Shown: in pieces, positions 1 through 14,562 of the stretch
Layout of the letters: every line of letters starts with the position of its first letter
How positions within the stretch are numbered: position 1 is the first letter of the stretch
Program-made: the position numbers and the translations under genes
NCBI RefSeq assembly: GCF_009914755.1
Contig: NC_060947.1
DNA: 64,000 nucleotides
From: the human T2T-CHM13v2.0 reference genome, Homo sapiens
Direction: 5' to 3' (one strand)
The notes under the pieces: generated by a model
Database searches by the model: none
Told to the model about the DNA's origin: nothing
The model's input: only the letters and a program-made list of their open reading frames with translations

Positions 1-1380
1 TAAAGAGCACTATATCAATCAGTTCACTAAATAAGGTTCCAAATATGAAGAAAAGCAAGCATAACGTGAAGCCATAACAGTCATTGTTTTTAATTGTGAT
101 CAATAATCTGTGTCGAGAACAAGTTTTTGTTAATTCTAGAAAAAAGATATGACAGACAAGTTGTCCTTAAACATAAGAGAAACAAGATCGATTTCATATT
201 CACTGTCACTGTGGGTGACATTCTTCTGAATAAGATTTCAAAATAAATGCTGCAAAATTTCAGGATAAAAAATAGAACATTAGCATTAATCATATTCATG
301 CTCACTTCTCTATTTTCTCCACCTTTGCCTTCTACAGTCTTCAGCTATACAGGTGATACGCTTGTTCCATTTCAAGTCAAATGACACCATTAGTTAATTA
401 GTGTTGCAAGTCTGGCAAATGAGATCTGAAACGAAACACCTGTCCTTTGACCCTAACTTGTTCCTTGCTTATGCAAATGAAGAGAGCAGTTTAAGCATTT
501 TAAATGTTTTATTTCTCGTATTATGCTGCAGGTTTTATGCTGACAAGGAACACTTAATGTGTGTGAAACTAGTTCTGATCATCTGGTTTCAGCTTTTTAT
601 TTATTGAATGGATTTTCAGTGCTGTCATTTTCTTTTTACCTGAAGATCACATAAAGGTTGCACAGGTTTACGTTTGCGCATAAGGACCAGTTTGGTTTTA
701 AGTTTAGCTGTTTGAGTAACTTCATGAAATAAATTAGAAATATATCTGTTAAATTTACCCATATGTTAAAATAGCTTTTCGGTTTATGCATTATGACTAT
801 TGCAATATGCCACACTAATATATGAACATTTCTATAACTAATATATGTTTTTAAAATAGAAAATTAAACGTGAAAGGTTTTTTATGAAATATATTTATCA
901 GCATGAATCTTTACTCACTGAGCACCATTTAATAAGCATACTGATTGTAATGATTGCATTTTCTCCACTAAAGTTCTCAATAACAACCCTTGGATATAAA
1001 AATAAATTCACTTTCGTTATTTTAAAGCAAGTCAACAAAATAAAATTATTTTGGATAAATTGTATAACTGAATTTTCATAATGATTTATCTCAGTAAGAA
1101 TAGAAAATATTATTACTGTGCAGATAAGGTGACAATGGAAATCCAATGAGAAATAAAGGCTATGAACATTGAATGCAATATTGTTATCTGTTTGCCTTGA
1201 TTCATCAAGGGGTTTCCAAAATGTTTTTACAAAGTTCTTATTTTCAATAAATCACATCATAAATAAAACCTCATTAACATGAATAGAGGGTTATTGCCTT
1301 GAAAACTGTCTATTGGAATTCTTGGCAGGAAAGTGAGACTAGTAGTTATTTATTTATGTATAGGTTTTTCTTTGCATATA

Positions 1381-1907
1381 CAGTAGTCTCTCCTGGTCCC
1401 TGGTTTCTCTTTCTGTGGTTTCAGTTACCTGAAGTCAACTATAATCTGAAATATTAAGTGGAAAATTACAGAAATGATTTCTAAAATGTAAATTGCACAT
1501 CATTGTGAGTAGCATGATAAAATCTTGCATTGTCCTGCTTGTCCTACCCGGGACATAAATCATCTCTCTGTCTAGTCACCATATTCAAGCTGTACATGCT
1601 ACCCACTCTTTCATCATTTAGTAGCCTTCATGGTATCACAGTGCTTTTGTTCAAATGACCCTTTTTTTACTTCATAATGGCCTCAAAGCACAAGTACAGT
1701 GATGCCGGCATACTGTTGTAATTGATCTATTTTATTATTAGTTATTGTTGTTAATATCTTACTGTGCCTGATTTATAAATTTGATTTTATCATATGTACA
1801 TATGTATAGGAAAAACATAGTATATATAGGCTTCAATACTGTCTGCAGTTTCAGGCATTGACTGGGGGTCTTGGAACATATATCCTGTGAATACGGAGGG
1901 ACTACTG
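1381..1907 (+). mobile_element. MER44B-like (Tigger7-derived) non-autonomous DNA transposon
   Basis: Terminal inverted repeats CAGTAGTC...GACTACTG, flanked by TA on the left and TG on the right. Internal sequence resembles recalled MER44 (gtttcagttacc, aatggcctcaaagcacaag, actgggggtcttggaac). Confidence 0.8.
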
Positions 1908-2434
1908 TGTTTTATGGAAAAATGGAAATTATTTTTATTAGAAAAGTTTTAACAAAAGGAGAGCAGAGCAAATATTTCCTGTAACAGTGGGAAACTTGTT
2001 TTGTTATGCATATGGCTTTCTAGGTAGAAAGAATGCTTTTGGGGAATTTTAAATAAGTTGGGATGAAAACTTGACTTCTTTAACTCTAAAAGATGCTTTG
2101 AAGTTTTAGTTTTTAGTTTTTGTAATGCCAATCGTGTAAGATAAACAACTTTGAAACCCCATATTTCAGCTTATCAAAAATATTTAAAATGTTCAATCCC
2201 ACCATTTAAGAATTATTATATACAGAAGTATGCATTATACAGTAATTCCTACTGGGAAGCTTAGAGCCTTTAGATATTTCCCTCTCTTAAAGAGTGGGAG
2301 AAATTCCAAGTTATAATTTTTTAGTATTACATATTTCAGTGTCAAAAAATTCTCATGAACAACTAAATGTACAGAATTCTCTTTGATATACCAAGATATG
2401 ATTTTACAACTTCTTTTAATGTAATACATTTTAG

Positions 2435-2768
<334 letters not shown>

Positions 2769-3099
2769 TAATTTTAGAAATTCTACTCAATCCAAGTAAA
2801 GTATATGTATTCCAGACCTCTGCCCTATTAAAAATGGAGAATCATATTCCCAATTAAAAAAATTATAAGCACAAAGGTTTCTTTAAAAATCCTTAACTTT
2901 TTTTTTTCTGTTGACTTCTTCACTTAACTAAATAAATACCAATTAAAAGTTTGCTCTCATGGCATTGTACAGTTGATGGAAGTGGGTCAAATGAGTGGGA
3001 GCTATTTTACTGGTCCAGGGAAAAGATGATGATCACTTAAATTTAGATGGTGCAAAAGGAAAACAAGAAAAGTGCACAGATTTTGTTTGTGGGTGATTG

Positions 3100-3570
3100 T
3101 TTTTACTGTGGTAAATAATCGCATAACATAAAATGTACCATTTTTGCCATTTCCAAGTTTACAGTTCAGTGGTATAAAGAATATTCACATGGTTGTACAA
3201 CCATTACTACCGTCATATCTTCAAAACTGAAACTCTGCACCCATTCAACGTCTTCCCACTTCCACTCCTTCTAGCCCCAGGCAACAACCATTCTATTTTC
3301 TGTCTCTATGAATTTGATTTCTGTCGGTACCTCATACAAGTGGAATTATACACTATTTGTCTTTTTGGGTACTGGCATATTTTACTTATCATAATGTCTT
3401 CAAGGCCCATGCATGTTGTAGCATGTATCAGATTTGCTTCTTTTTGAAGCTGAACAATATTCCATTGCGTATATATACAACATTTTGTTCACCCATTCAT
3501 CCATAAATGAGCCCTTGGGTTGTTTCCATGTCTTGGCTATTGTGAATAGTGCTACTAGGACCGTGGGAGT
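3100..3570 (-). mobile_element. Old L1 (L1MB-like) 3' fragment
   Basis: Typical antisense L1M 3' end (cataacataaaatgtaccatt, ccaggcaacaaccattctatttt, ggttgtttccatgtcttggctattgtgaatagtgct). Confidence 0.75.
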
Positions 3571-3869
3571 AGTGGACAGAGTTGAAATATATTTTGTTAC
3601 GTGCTGATGAATTGAATATGAAGACTAATAAATTGTCAGAAATACCTATCCAAAAGTATAGAATATGATTTAAAATTTTTTTCTTCTGAATATCATATGA
3701 TCTTTTAGGATACTAACTATTACATAATGGAAGCTCAATAAATATAATTTTATAAATTAGTCCATGAAAGGCATCTTTAAAAACTGCTTTAAATGTCTGT
3801 TAATCCGTTAGGGTATCAATTTTATTGGCCTTATTTCTGCAGTTTCAAATTTGCTTTATTTAATTTTCT

Positions 3870-3972
3870 CATTAAAATTGTTTATATTTAAGGTATATAG
3901 CATGATGTTTTGATATTCATGTACGTAATGAACTGATTACTACAATCAAGCTCATTAATATATTCATCTCTT
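3870..3972 (-). mobile_element. L1MA-like 3' terminal fragment
   Basis: aaattgtttatatttaaggtatatagcatgatgttttgata...tacaatcaagctcattaatatattcatc resembles the L1MA 3' end also seen at 9655. Confidence 0.6.
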
Positions 3973-3985
3973 TAAAAGATGCTTT

Positions 3986-4649
3986 CTTGGGGTTCAAAAA
4001 CCGGTACCCCACAATATGGCACTTTGACATGTTGGACTAAAGAAACATTCTCAAGGTCTCTCTTTCACCCCACCCCACCCCTCCCAGCATCTCTCAACCT
4101 TCTGTCTCTCTCAAAGCACAGGATGAAGGTTTTCTCTGAAGTTCCCTTATCAGCCTGAAGCCTGGACCCACCAAAGAAGAAAACAGTTACCTCTGGTCCC
4201 TTCCCTGAGTTTCATTAACTTAACACATATTGCAGGAAGAAAGACAAGTCTGTCAGCACACCTGGACAGACTTTCAAAAAACTATCGTCTTCTATTTCAT
4301 TCCCATTCAGGATTTCAAAGAGAATCATTTACCAGCCATTGTCTGCTCTGCAGGCCCAATAGGCTTTGTTCCAGGCCATTGTATGTTTTCCAGGTTCACT
4401 CATTTTCCCTTAAAAATATTTACTATCCCTCAAATTGCCACATTTCCTCCACCTCCCCTCCCCTTATGAAGAAGAATATATAAACATTTTTACCCCACTG
4501 TGTTGTTGGGTCATTCTCCTGTGATTCCCCTTTGCCATGCACATTAAAATACATTTTATATGCCATTTCTCCTATTAATATGCCTTTTGTCAGTTAATTT
4601 TCAGCAAACCTTCACAGGTGAAGGGTCAATATTACCCTTGGCCCCTACA
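3986..4649 (+). mobile_element. MER39/MER34-family ERV1 solo LTR
   Basis: Starts ggggttcaaaaaccggtaccccacaatatggcacttt, has TATA-like and ATTAAA signals, and ends ttttcagcaaaccttc...cccttggcccctaca. Confidence 0.7.
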
Positions 4650-5119
4650 GTTTTAACTTATTTTTCAGGAGACGCACATTTGTTTTTTTGTGCATGGGTA
4701 CGTAGGTTTCTGTGATGATTTTACTAACTAAATGGGACAACTATATCGTTACATACCATGGTTTCACTCATTCTTTTAAAATTATTTTTACTACTCTAGT
4801 TAAATATAAATACCATAAAATTTGTTATTTTAACCATTTTAAAATGTATACTTCGGTGGCATTAGATACATTCACATTGTTGTGCAACAGTTTCACTCGT
4901 TTTACCAAATTGAATGTTTTGTCTACTGGCCAGGATTTATTGATTGTTGTAATGAAAATCTTTTCACTCATAGTTTAGCAATCCTTTTGTAAATGCCCTA
5001 AATCTGTATTTATTGTATAATTAAATACCTTAGCAAATACTTTTAAACTGAAAATCCCGGTGTACTAAGTTCATTCATGTTTTTCACTCTCCTTTTTTTT
5101 TTTTTTTTTTTTTTTTTTG

Positions 5120-6410
5120 CATTTCAGTTTGGCAAGTTTCTATTGATTAAGTGTCAATAGACTTTTCTTGGTTGTGTCAAGCCTACTGATGAGCTCATCA
5201 AAGGCATTCTTTATTTCTGTCATAATGTATTTGATCTCTAGCATTTCCTTTTGAGTCTTTCTTAGAGCCTCTATCTCCTTTTAATTACTCATTTGTTCTT
5301 GAATCTTGCCTACTTTTTCCTATAGCCATCAACACATTAATCACACTTATTTTAAATTCTCTAGTAATTCCAACATCAATGTCATACCTGAGTCTGATTC
5401 TGATGCTCGCTTTGTCTTTTCAGACAATGTTTTATCTTTCTTTTTTGTGTGCCTTGCACTTTTTGTTGAAAGCCAGACATTTTGTCTTGGGTCATAGGAG
5501 CTGAATAGGCCTTTAGTGTTAGGATTTATGTTAATATGGCTAGGAGTTGGGCTGTATTTAATGATTTCTGTAGCTGTTAGGTGCCCATGGCTTCCGTTTC
5601 CTCTAGTGTGTTTGTTTTTAGCTTCCCAGTTTTCTTTTGTCTTCCCTAAGAAGTTTTTCTCAGATAGAGTCTGTAACTTTTGGTTCTTTCAGCTGTAATC
5701 CACTGTCATTATACTGGGGCCCCGTTAGTTTGGTTGTAGAGTGTTGAGGAGAGGAAGCATTCTATCATCATAAATTAAATCACAGTCTTTTAGTGGGCCT
5801 GTGTCCCTGGACTGTGAAACACACTCATAAACGTTTCTTAGCTTTTTGCTTCCCCTCTTAGGTGAGACAGGAAAACCAGAGGGAGCTGGAGTTGGGAAAA
5901 TATTCTTCTTTCAGATGGGATAAGGCTCTGATACAGCTTTTTCCTCCTGGAAAATAGGACTGTATTATGGAGAACACTCATACTCTGGGCATAGTTCACA
6001 ATGTTTTCTCATCCTGTCCCCCTGCCAGAACCACCAGAGGATCAATCTTGGCTCTTCACTGTGAGAACAGGAGGGGTGGGGTTCTTAGAGGTAAAGTACA
6101 GATAACTGTAGAGGCCACCAGGAAATTTCTGACTCTCATACTAATCCACATTCAGTTTCCAGCAATTCATAAAAATTACGGTTTAAGGATTCTTACAAGT
6201 TTATGGATCCAGTGGCCTTTTTTTTTTTTTTATTCGAGGGAAACTAATTGCTGCTTTGACTCTGTATTTGCCTGTATCTCTGCATTTCAGTGTGGAAGTT
6301 TGCTTTGTGACCTCAATTTTCTGATGGATCCAAGAAAAGTCAATGATTTTTAGTTTCTTTGGCTTTTTCTTGTAAGCATGACTTCCTAGCTCTTTACATG
6401 TTGGAGCTCT
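5120..6410 (-). mobile_element. Ancient L1M (L1MC/MD/M4-like) ORF1/5' region
   Basis: Antisense L1M ORF1-type sequence (caagcctactgatgagctcatcaaaggcattct, ctgagtctgattctgatgct). The ORFs here are degenerate. Confidence 0.6.
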
Positions 6411-8657
6411 TGGGTGGCCTTTTAAACTACTAACTAGTAGAATGGAATGCAGTAAAACCAACAAAAACGATGGAACAACAGAGCCTGGACCATTAATCGC
6501 GCCATCCAATCTAGAGTAGAAAAGACAATGTAAGTAAGGCAAGTGACCTTTTAGGTCCTAAAAGCAACTTTATCACCAGCCCCTGTAAACTTTTAGGAAA
6601 AAAAGATTCAAAATTATAATAAATAATATTCATACATATTTGAGTGAGATCAATGATCTGGCTTCTTAAATTCTTCATGGAATATCAATTTTGACATTTC
6701 TTTGGCTCATTTCCACAGTGGCTGAATCTGTTCTCAGTCAGAAAGGAAACTCGTATTTTCTTTTTTCAAACTTTGTAATTTTCCAACTTTCTAATGAAAC
6801 ATTGTAGGCCTTCATTAGAAAGATTACCTCAGACTAACTTACTGCTAGCCATGTCCTTCAACAGTGCACCTAAGATAATTTATTGAAGTATCTTCTCTCA
6901 GATGGCAAATGTTTCTTCATTCACTCTCTTAGCATTTTAAGTTCCACAGTAGGAGCTATGTAAGTCTCCTAAAGCCCACAATTTTTAGCCCTAAAGAGCA
7001 TTAATGTCCCTCTAATATACAGTTGATCCATAATGGTGTGCCTTAAGCTTTCTTCAAAAATTGCCTCAAAAAAAAAATCAGTGATGTGAATCTGCACTTA
7101 CTGTAATACTGTGGTAACTGGGAGTGGGCCATGTGTATACTCATGTACATAAACACACTACACATTCCTAGTTTAACTATTTGCTAACCCTGTCCATTGA
7201 TTTTCACAGTATATTTTTTTCTCCTCTCAATAGTTTTTAAGGCTTCCTAAAATAAAAATTGAAATAACCTTTTGCTGCAGATATTATGGAATCCAGGCAG
7301 GCCTGCAAGTCTGTGCAGAGTTTACTCTCTGGCAATAAGACTGAGAATCCCCTTTAACAGGCCCTGCCAGACCACCTGTTATATTTGAATAATTCACAAA
7401 CAGCTTTTCCCATTAATTCATGCCAGGCCTCTAAATATAATCCAAAATAAGTCATGTTATAAGGCATTTGGATTAGAAATAAAGTCATTATAACCATATG
7501 CCTGCATTTATAAATGTACTTTTAGACAACATAGTACCATTCTAAATTTTCACCACAGGATCTGTTTGACCTACAGAGATATTTGGGTATCTCTAACTTA
7601 AGGAAAAAGGCCGTGAGGCAACCATTTTAAAATACTTACAGACAGTGAGTTTGAAGAACTTTGAACTTGTAGTCTCCTGATGCCTCACTGATACATCCAT
7701 TTCAAGGCAGACAATTGCCTTCCTTAAGGCCAAAGTTAGAAAAAATGAACAGGACAGTTTTTCAGGTTTTGTCTCAATTCCTGTTCATGCACAGTGCAAT
7801 TTTTGCCACACTATCCTCATCTCTTGAAGAGATGGCTAGCCATTTCTTCTGTGATGTCTCAAATGTGCTTCAAAGTTCATTGTAGCCCTTATCACACTGA
7901 AACCTACCTGTGTGCACATCTGTCTCTTTCAGTTCTTTAAATGGTATGAGAACATGTTAAGATTAGCTCTATAATGAGTCATTTCTGCATCCGTCAGATC
8001 CCTGGTATTGAACTTGACACGTAATTTGTATTTGGTGTGGTTATTCAGTGAGTAATTGACAAATTCAATGATCCATATTATGCATGTCACATTTTAGCTT
8101 CCCTTAAAGAAAAGTTTTTAGGAAAGGAAAAGAACACTGGGGAGGGGGGAAACAAAATTAACTTGGCCATGCTGAGAATTGCAGGAATGTGCACTGTGCA
8201 AACAAGTTAAGTAAGCACAGTGTCTTCCTTACTTCCATCAGAGACCTTGCTTGGCTAAAAAGCAAGAGTGGAGCCCACTCTCTGTATTCATTTGCATAAT
8301 TTGTTCACACTCTGCCTTAGCCACAGAAGTGGAAAGCCTTTCCTTTCCTGGTAGTCCCTAGGACATGTCATCTACCTCCCTCGTGAGTTGTAATATGGGG
8401 AGGACTGGAAGGCACAGCTTAGAGCCCCATGGTGTCCAGTCAGGGGAACATGGGGATAATGTGTCCATTCACTGACACTAGCGCTTTTCTCCAATATGGT
8501 TAACAGTCGAAATTTGATTAAAGCAAGTTAGGAAACTCCAGTAAGGCTAATTTTCTCTTGAACTATATATGGTGTCTGTTGGCAAGAAAACAAGAGTTAC
8601 ACATTTAAGTAGGTTAATATCAACTGAGAAACTCTTAAGAATCATAGTTTAAGATCA

Positions 8658-9000
<343 letters not shown>

Positions 9001-9126
9001 CTACAGTGTGGGAACAACTTTTTGAAAAGTGTAATAGGTTTGAGAAAAATGGCTTAATTTAAAATATGTATTTTCTATTATATGTGCATGATTTTTATGA
9101 AGATATATTCTCAGAATTCTTTAAAT

Positions 9127-9290
9127 TAGTGGTTCTCAATTCAGTCTATGTATCAGAATTGCTTGTGAAGCTTTCAATTAATACATATGGATACCTAAAC
9201 CTAACCCTTGATTCTGATTCATTTAGTCTGGAGAAAGGTTGGACATTTTTTAGCAACTTTGTTTTTGATTTAGGATTGAATATCACTGCC
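9127..9290. mobile_element. MER5-like hAT MITE
   Basis: agtggttctcaa...tcagaatt...gattctgattc...atcactgc, the typical MER5 layout, but strongly diverged. Confidence 0.5.
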
Positions 9291-9654
9291 CCAGGATTAT
9301 GAAGAAATTCATCATCATCCTAAAAATATTATAGTACTTCAGCCCTTTATTATAGTCATTTTTCCATAAGTGGCAAATAATAAGAATCCAAAGAAACATG
9401 TTGTGTATGCGTGGGGCCATCTCGATACAGCTGATGACAATTAAGTTGTTGGCTGTCTGGTTTTAAAGATATTTGGAAAGACAATTCCTTTTATAAGAAA
9501 ACCAAACAAATTCCAGCCAATGAATGGTCTTAGGCGGTCAAGAATTTTATTCTGGCTTACTGACATCCTCAAGATCTCAAGACACAGATTAGACTATGAG
9601 AAGACACAGTAAAATACTCCATCTTTATTCTTAGAGATTCTATTCTGAATCCCA

Positions 9655-12600
9655 CTTTTTTCAGTTTTATTGAGATGTAGTGACAAAAAATTGTATGTAT
9701 TTAAAGTGTACAACACGATGTTTCGATGTAAGCATACATTGTGAAGTGATTGCCATAATCAAGCCAATTAACATATTGATCATCTTACATAGTAGCCATA
9801 TTTTGTGTGTGTGTGGTGAGAACACTTAAGATCTATTTTCTTAGCAAATTTCAGGTGCACAATACAGTATTATTAACTATAGTTACTAGCTGTACATTAA
9901 ATTGAGATAACTTATTCATACTGCATCACTGAAACTTTGTACACTTTGATCAACATCTCCCCATTTTCCCTACTCTCAGCCACTGGTAACCTCCATTCTA
10001 CTTTCTGCTCTTAGGAGTTTTAATTTTTAGATTCCAGATATAAGTGAGATTATGCAGTGTTTGTTTTTCTATGTTTGGCTTATTTTACTTAGCATAATGT
10101 CTTCCAGGTTAATCTGTGTTGTCACAAATGGCATGATATCCTTTTTTTTAAAAAAAAATGCTAAATAATATTTTATTGTGTGTGTGCATGTGTGTGTATA
10201 TATATCATTTTCTTTACGCATTTATCTGTGAATGACACTTCTATTGTTTATGTATATTTGCTGTTGTGAATAATACTGTAATGAACATGGGAGTGCAGAT
10301 ATCTCTCCCAATCACTGATCTCATTTCCTTTGGATATACACCCAGAAGTAAGATGCTGAATCATATGATAATTCTATTTTTTCATTTTTTGAGGAACCTC
10401 CATTATGTTTTTTGTAATAGTTGTACAAATTTTCATTCCCACCATCAGTGCACAGAGGTCTCTATTCTCCACATCCTTGCCAATACTTCTTCTCTTTTCA
10501 CATTTGATAATAGCCATTGTAACAGTTGTGCAGTGATATCTCATTGTGGTTTTATTTGCATTTCTCTGATGATTAGTGATATTGAGCACCTTTTCATCTA
10601 CCTGTTGATCACTTGTATGTCTTCTTTTGAGAAACATATATTAAATTCTTTAGCCAATTTTAAGTAGGCTTATTTGTTGTTGTTGTTTGCTATTGAGTTG
10701 TTTGAGTTCCATATATATTTGGATATTAACCTTTTATCAGATGCATGGTTTGGAAATAAATTTTTCCTGTTTCATAGGTAGTCTCTTCACTCTGCTAATT
10801 GTTTCCTTTGCTATGCAGAAACATTTTAGTTTCACACAATCCCACCTGTTTATTTTTGCTCATGTTGCCTATATTTTTGGAGTTATGTCCAAAAAGTAAT
10901 TACCCAGACCAATGTCAAAAAGCATTTCCCTTATGTTTTCTTCCAGTAGTTTTAAAGCTTCAGGTATTAAGTATTTAATCAATTTTGAGTTGGTTGTTGT
11001 ATGTGGTGTAAGATAAGGGTCCAATTTTATTTTTTTGAGTGTGGATATACAATTTTCCCAGCATCACTTGTTGAACAGACTGCCCTTTCCCCATTGTTTC
11101 TTAGCATGCTTGTTGAAGATCAGTTGACTATAAATATGTGGATTTATTGCTGAGATCTTTATTGTGTTTCATTGCTCTGTATGTCTGTTTTTATGTCAGT
11201 ATCATACTGTTTTGTTTACTATAGCCTTGTAGTGTATTTTGAGATCAGGAAATGTGATGCCTCCAAGTTTGTTCTTGCTCAAGGTTATTATGGCTATTCA
11301 AAGTCCTTTGTAGTTACATATGAATTTGGGGAAATGCTATTGCAAATTTGATAGGCATTACATTAAATCTGTATGTGGCTTTAGGTAGTATGGACATTTC
11401 AACAATATTAATTCTTCCAATTGATGAACATGGAATATCTTTCCACTTATTTGCGTCCCTGGAATAGATCCAACTCAGTCATGTTTTAATTTGCTGGTAA
11501 ATTCAGTTTGCTAGTATTCTGTTGTGGAATTTTGCATCTATGTTCATTAGGAATTTTGGCCTGTACCTTTCTTTTCTTGTAGTGTATTTCTCTGGCTTTT
11601 GTATCAGGGTAAGGCTGGCCTTGTGAAATGATTTTGTAAGTATTACCCGCTTTTCAAGTTTTTGGAAAAGTTAACATTAACAAAAAATTGGCATTAATTC
11701 TTCTTTAAAAGTTTGGTAGAATTCCGCAGTGAAGCCATTTGATCCTGGGCTTTTCTTTATTGGAAGGTTTACTTTATTACTGATTCAGTCTCCTTACTTG
11801 TTAGTGTTCTGCTCAGATTCTGTATTTCTTAATGATTCAGTCTTGGTAGGCTATATGCTTTTAGGAATTTATTCATTCCTTCTGTTAGACAGTCTACTTT
11901 GTGATTTGACAATGTATTTTCAGTAGTATGCTTTGATTCCTTTCTCTTAGATTTTGTGTATCTACTAATTTTTTTTTTCATTGTGGTTACCATGAGGTTT
12001 ACATAAAACATCTAATAGTTAGTTATGTCTATTTTAAGCTGACAACTTAATTTTGACTTTGTACAAAAGCTCTATACTTTTATTTCCACCTTTCACATTT
12101 TATGTAATTGATGTGACAATTTATATCTTTTTATATCATATATTCATTAAGAAATTATTAAGGCTCTAGTTATTTTTAAAACTTTTCTCTTTTAACTTTT
12201 ATATTGGAGTTACAAGTGACTTATGCACCACTATTACAGTATTATTCTGAATTTGGCTATGTACTTACCTTTACCAGTGAGTTTTATATTTTTATATGTC
12301 TTGATGTTACTAACAAGTGTCCTTTTATTTATATTTGAATAAGTATTTTTCGCATTTCTTGTAAGGCAGGTGTTGTGATGATGAACTCCCTCAGCTTTTG
12401 TTTATCTTACAAAGTCTATCTCCTCTTCATTTCTGAAGAATTGCTTTGCTGGCATAGTATTCTTGGTTGACATTTTTTTCCTCTTGTACTCCGGATATAT
12501 AATCCCATTCTCTTATGGCCTGGAAGGTTTCTGCTGAGAAATCTGCTGATAGCCTTATAAAGAATCCCTAGTATGTGATGAATCATTTCCCCTTATTACT

Positions 12601-14155
12601 TTCAAAATTCTTTGACTTTTGATAATTTGATTATAATGTCTTGATGTAATCTTTGAGTTTTTGTATTTGTGTACTTTTGAGCTTCATGAATCTAAATATC
12701 TATATCTATCTCAATATTTGGGAAGTTTTCAACAATTATTTCTTTAAATAAACTTTCTGCCCCTTTCTATATCTTTCTGGAACTCCCGTAGTGAATGTAT
12801 CGGTTCTCTTCATGGGAAGCTCTAAATTCTGTAGGCCTTCTGTACTATTTTTTATTTCTATGTTTGTTTCTCCTCTGACTGTGTAATTTCAAATAATCTT
12901 TCTTAAGTTCTTATATATTTTCTTCTGCTTTATCACGTCTGCTATTTATGCTGTTCATTGTATTCATTATATTCTTCAGCTCCAGAATTTCTATTTGGTT
13001 CTTTTTTTATGATTTCCATATTCATTGAACTTTTTTTGTGAATTGTTTTTCTGATTTTGTTCATTTGCCTATCTGTGTTAGTTTGTACCTCACTGAGCTT
13101 TTTGTAAAGAGTTACTTTGAATTATTTGTCAGGCAGTTCTTAGATCTTTATTTATTTGGTGTCAGTTACTACCAAAATTGTGAGTTGTTTTTGTTGTGTT
13201 ATGTTTCCTTGATTTTTCATGTTCCTTGGAGTTTTGCATTGCTGCCCTCACATGTGAACAAGGAGTCACCTCCTCCTTCAATCCTTACTAACTGACTTCA
13301 GGATACAAAGACTTTCATTAGTCAGCCTGACATTCTAGGGGTCTCGCAGACCTTTACTATGGATACACCTGCCCCACTCCTCTTGTTTCCTCTTCAAGAA
13401 GAAGCTTTATGTTTGAATGTCTTCTCTTGATCCTGCAAAGCCAGGCTGGGTGCTGACTGCCTCTCTTTTGTTTTTCCTAGGGCATTGCCCTGAAGTACTC
13501 AAAGTTAATTGCCTTCTCCCAGTCCCAGAGAGTTAAGCCAGATGTCTGTGTGTGCTTGTGCATGATTTGCAGAGGCTATGGGTAGGGATGGACAGAAGGG
13601 CATGCAGAGTGCTTGGAGACACATACGAGAAAGTTAAATGGGTCCACAAGTGTTGCATCTTTTGATGTTCATGGGCAGGGTTCATGGAGTTCATGATGCA
13701 ATGAGTAGAAACAATGGCCCTTTGTTTAGTTCTTTACTGAAGTTGCTGTGAGCTCTCACCCCTTTTCCCTGTTCTTAGCTTTCCCAAGACTATTCAACTG
13801 AGCCAGTTTCTTCTGTGTTATGGGTGAAGTGAGATAAAAGTAGGCCTCTTGGGCAACATTCTGACTAGCTATGCTTTCACTTTCCCCTGTGAAACAAATC
13901 GTGGGCCAAGAATGTCTCTCTTGGCACTGAGCTGTGTGCTGCCTTGGGAAAGGGGTGATGCAAGTAAAATGAAACTGTTTTCCTTACCCTCTTCAAGGTA
14001 ATCGTGGATCATTTTTTTCTCCCATGGTGCGTTGGGACCTCTCCCCTGGTCCCTGGGCTCTACCTAATATACTTTTGTCTGTGGGTAGTTGTCAAAATTG
14101 GTGTTGCTATGGGGATAAGAACTGAAAACTCTTATCCCACCATCTTTCTAATGTC
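9655..14155 (-). mobile_element. L1MA8/9-like LINE-1: 3' end, ORF2 remnant, ORF1 and 5' UTR, with internal deletions
   Basis: Antisense L1MA 3' UTR at 9655. ORF2 C-terminal remnant in ORF 10374-10637 ([16 protein letters not shown]). Abrupt jumps near 11460 and 11880, then ORF1-type and 5' UTR-type sequence to about 14150. Confidence 0.85.
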
Positions 14156-14325
14156 ACTCTTCTCTGAATGGATTACATTAGAAAAGAACAAGGTGTTCAC
14201 CTTCTTTAATGATGTAGTTACAAGGAATCTACCTCTGGGAGAGACAGTTATGTTTTCATAAATCCTAAGGCAAAACATTAGATATGAATTCTTTTTATTT
14301 TTATATTTTCTTTTTCTTTTTCAAT

Positions 14326-14365
<40 letters not shown>

Positions 14366-14398
14366 ATCTATCTGTCTATCTATCTATCTATCTATCTA

Positions 14399-14459
<61 letters not shown>
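14326..14459. repeat. Compound (TCTA)n/(GATA)n tetranucleotide microsatellite
   Basis: About 134 bp of TCTA units interrupted by two extra A bases and one TCTG. Confidence 0.97.
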
Positions 14460-14562
14460 GTAGAGACAGGGTCTTACTGTGTTGCCCAGGCTGGTCTCAA
14501 ACTCCTGGGCTCAAGTGATCCTCCCACCTCAGCCTCACAAAATGCTGCCACCATGCTCAGCC
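14460..14562 (-). mobile_element. FLAM_C-like Alu monomer
   Basis: tagagacagggtcttactgtgttgcccaggctggtctcaaactcctgggctcaagtgatcc. Near-perfect TSD AGATATGA(A/G)TTCTTTT at about 14280 and 14563 encloses both the monomer and the STR. Confidence 0.85.

Noticed and set aside
1999-2013. Sox-Oct-like TTTTGTTATGCATAT, and an octamer ATTTGCAT near 8290
   Set aside because: Short AT-rich motifs are expected by chance in 64 kb of AT-rich DNA, and there is no supporting context.
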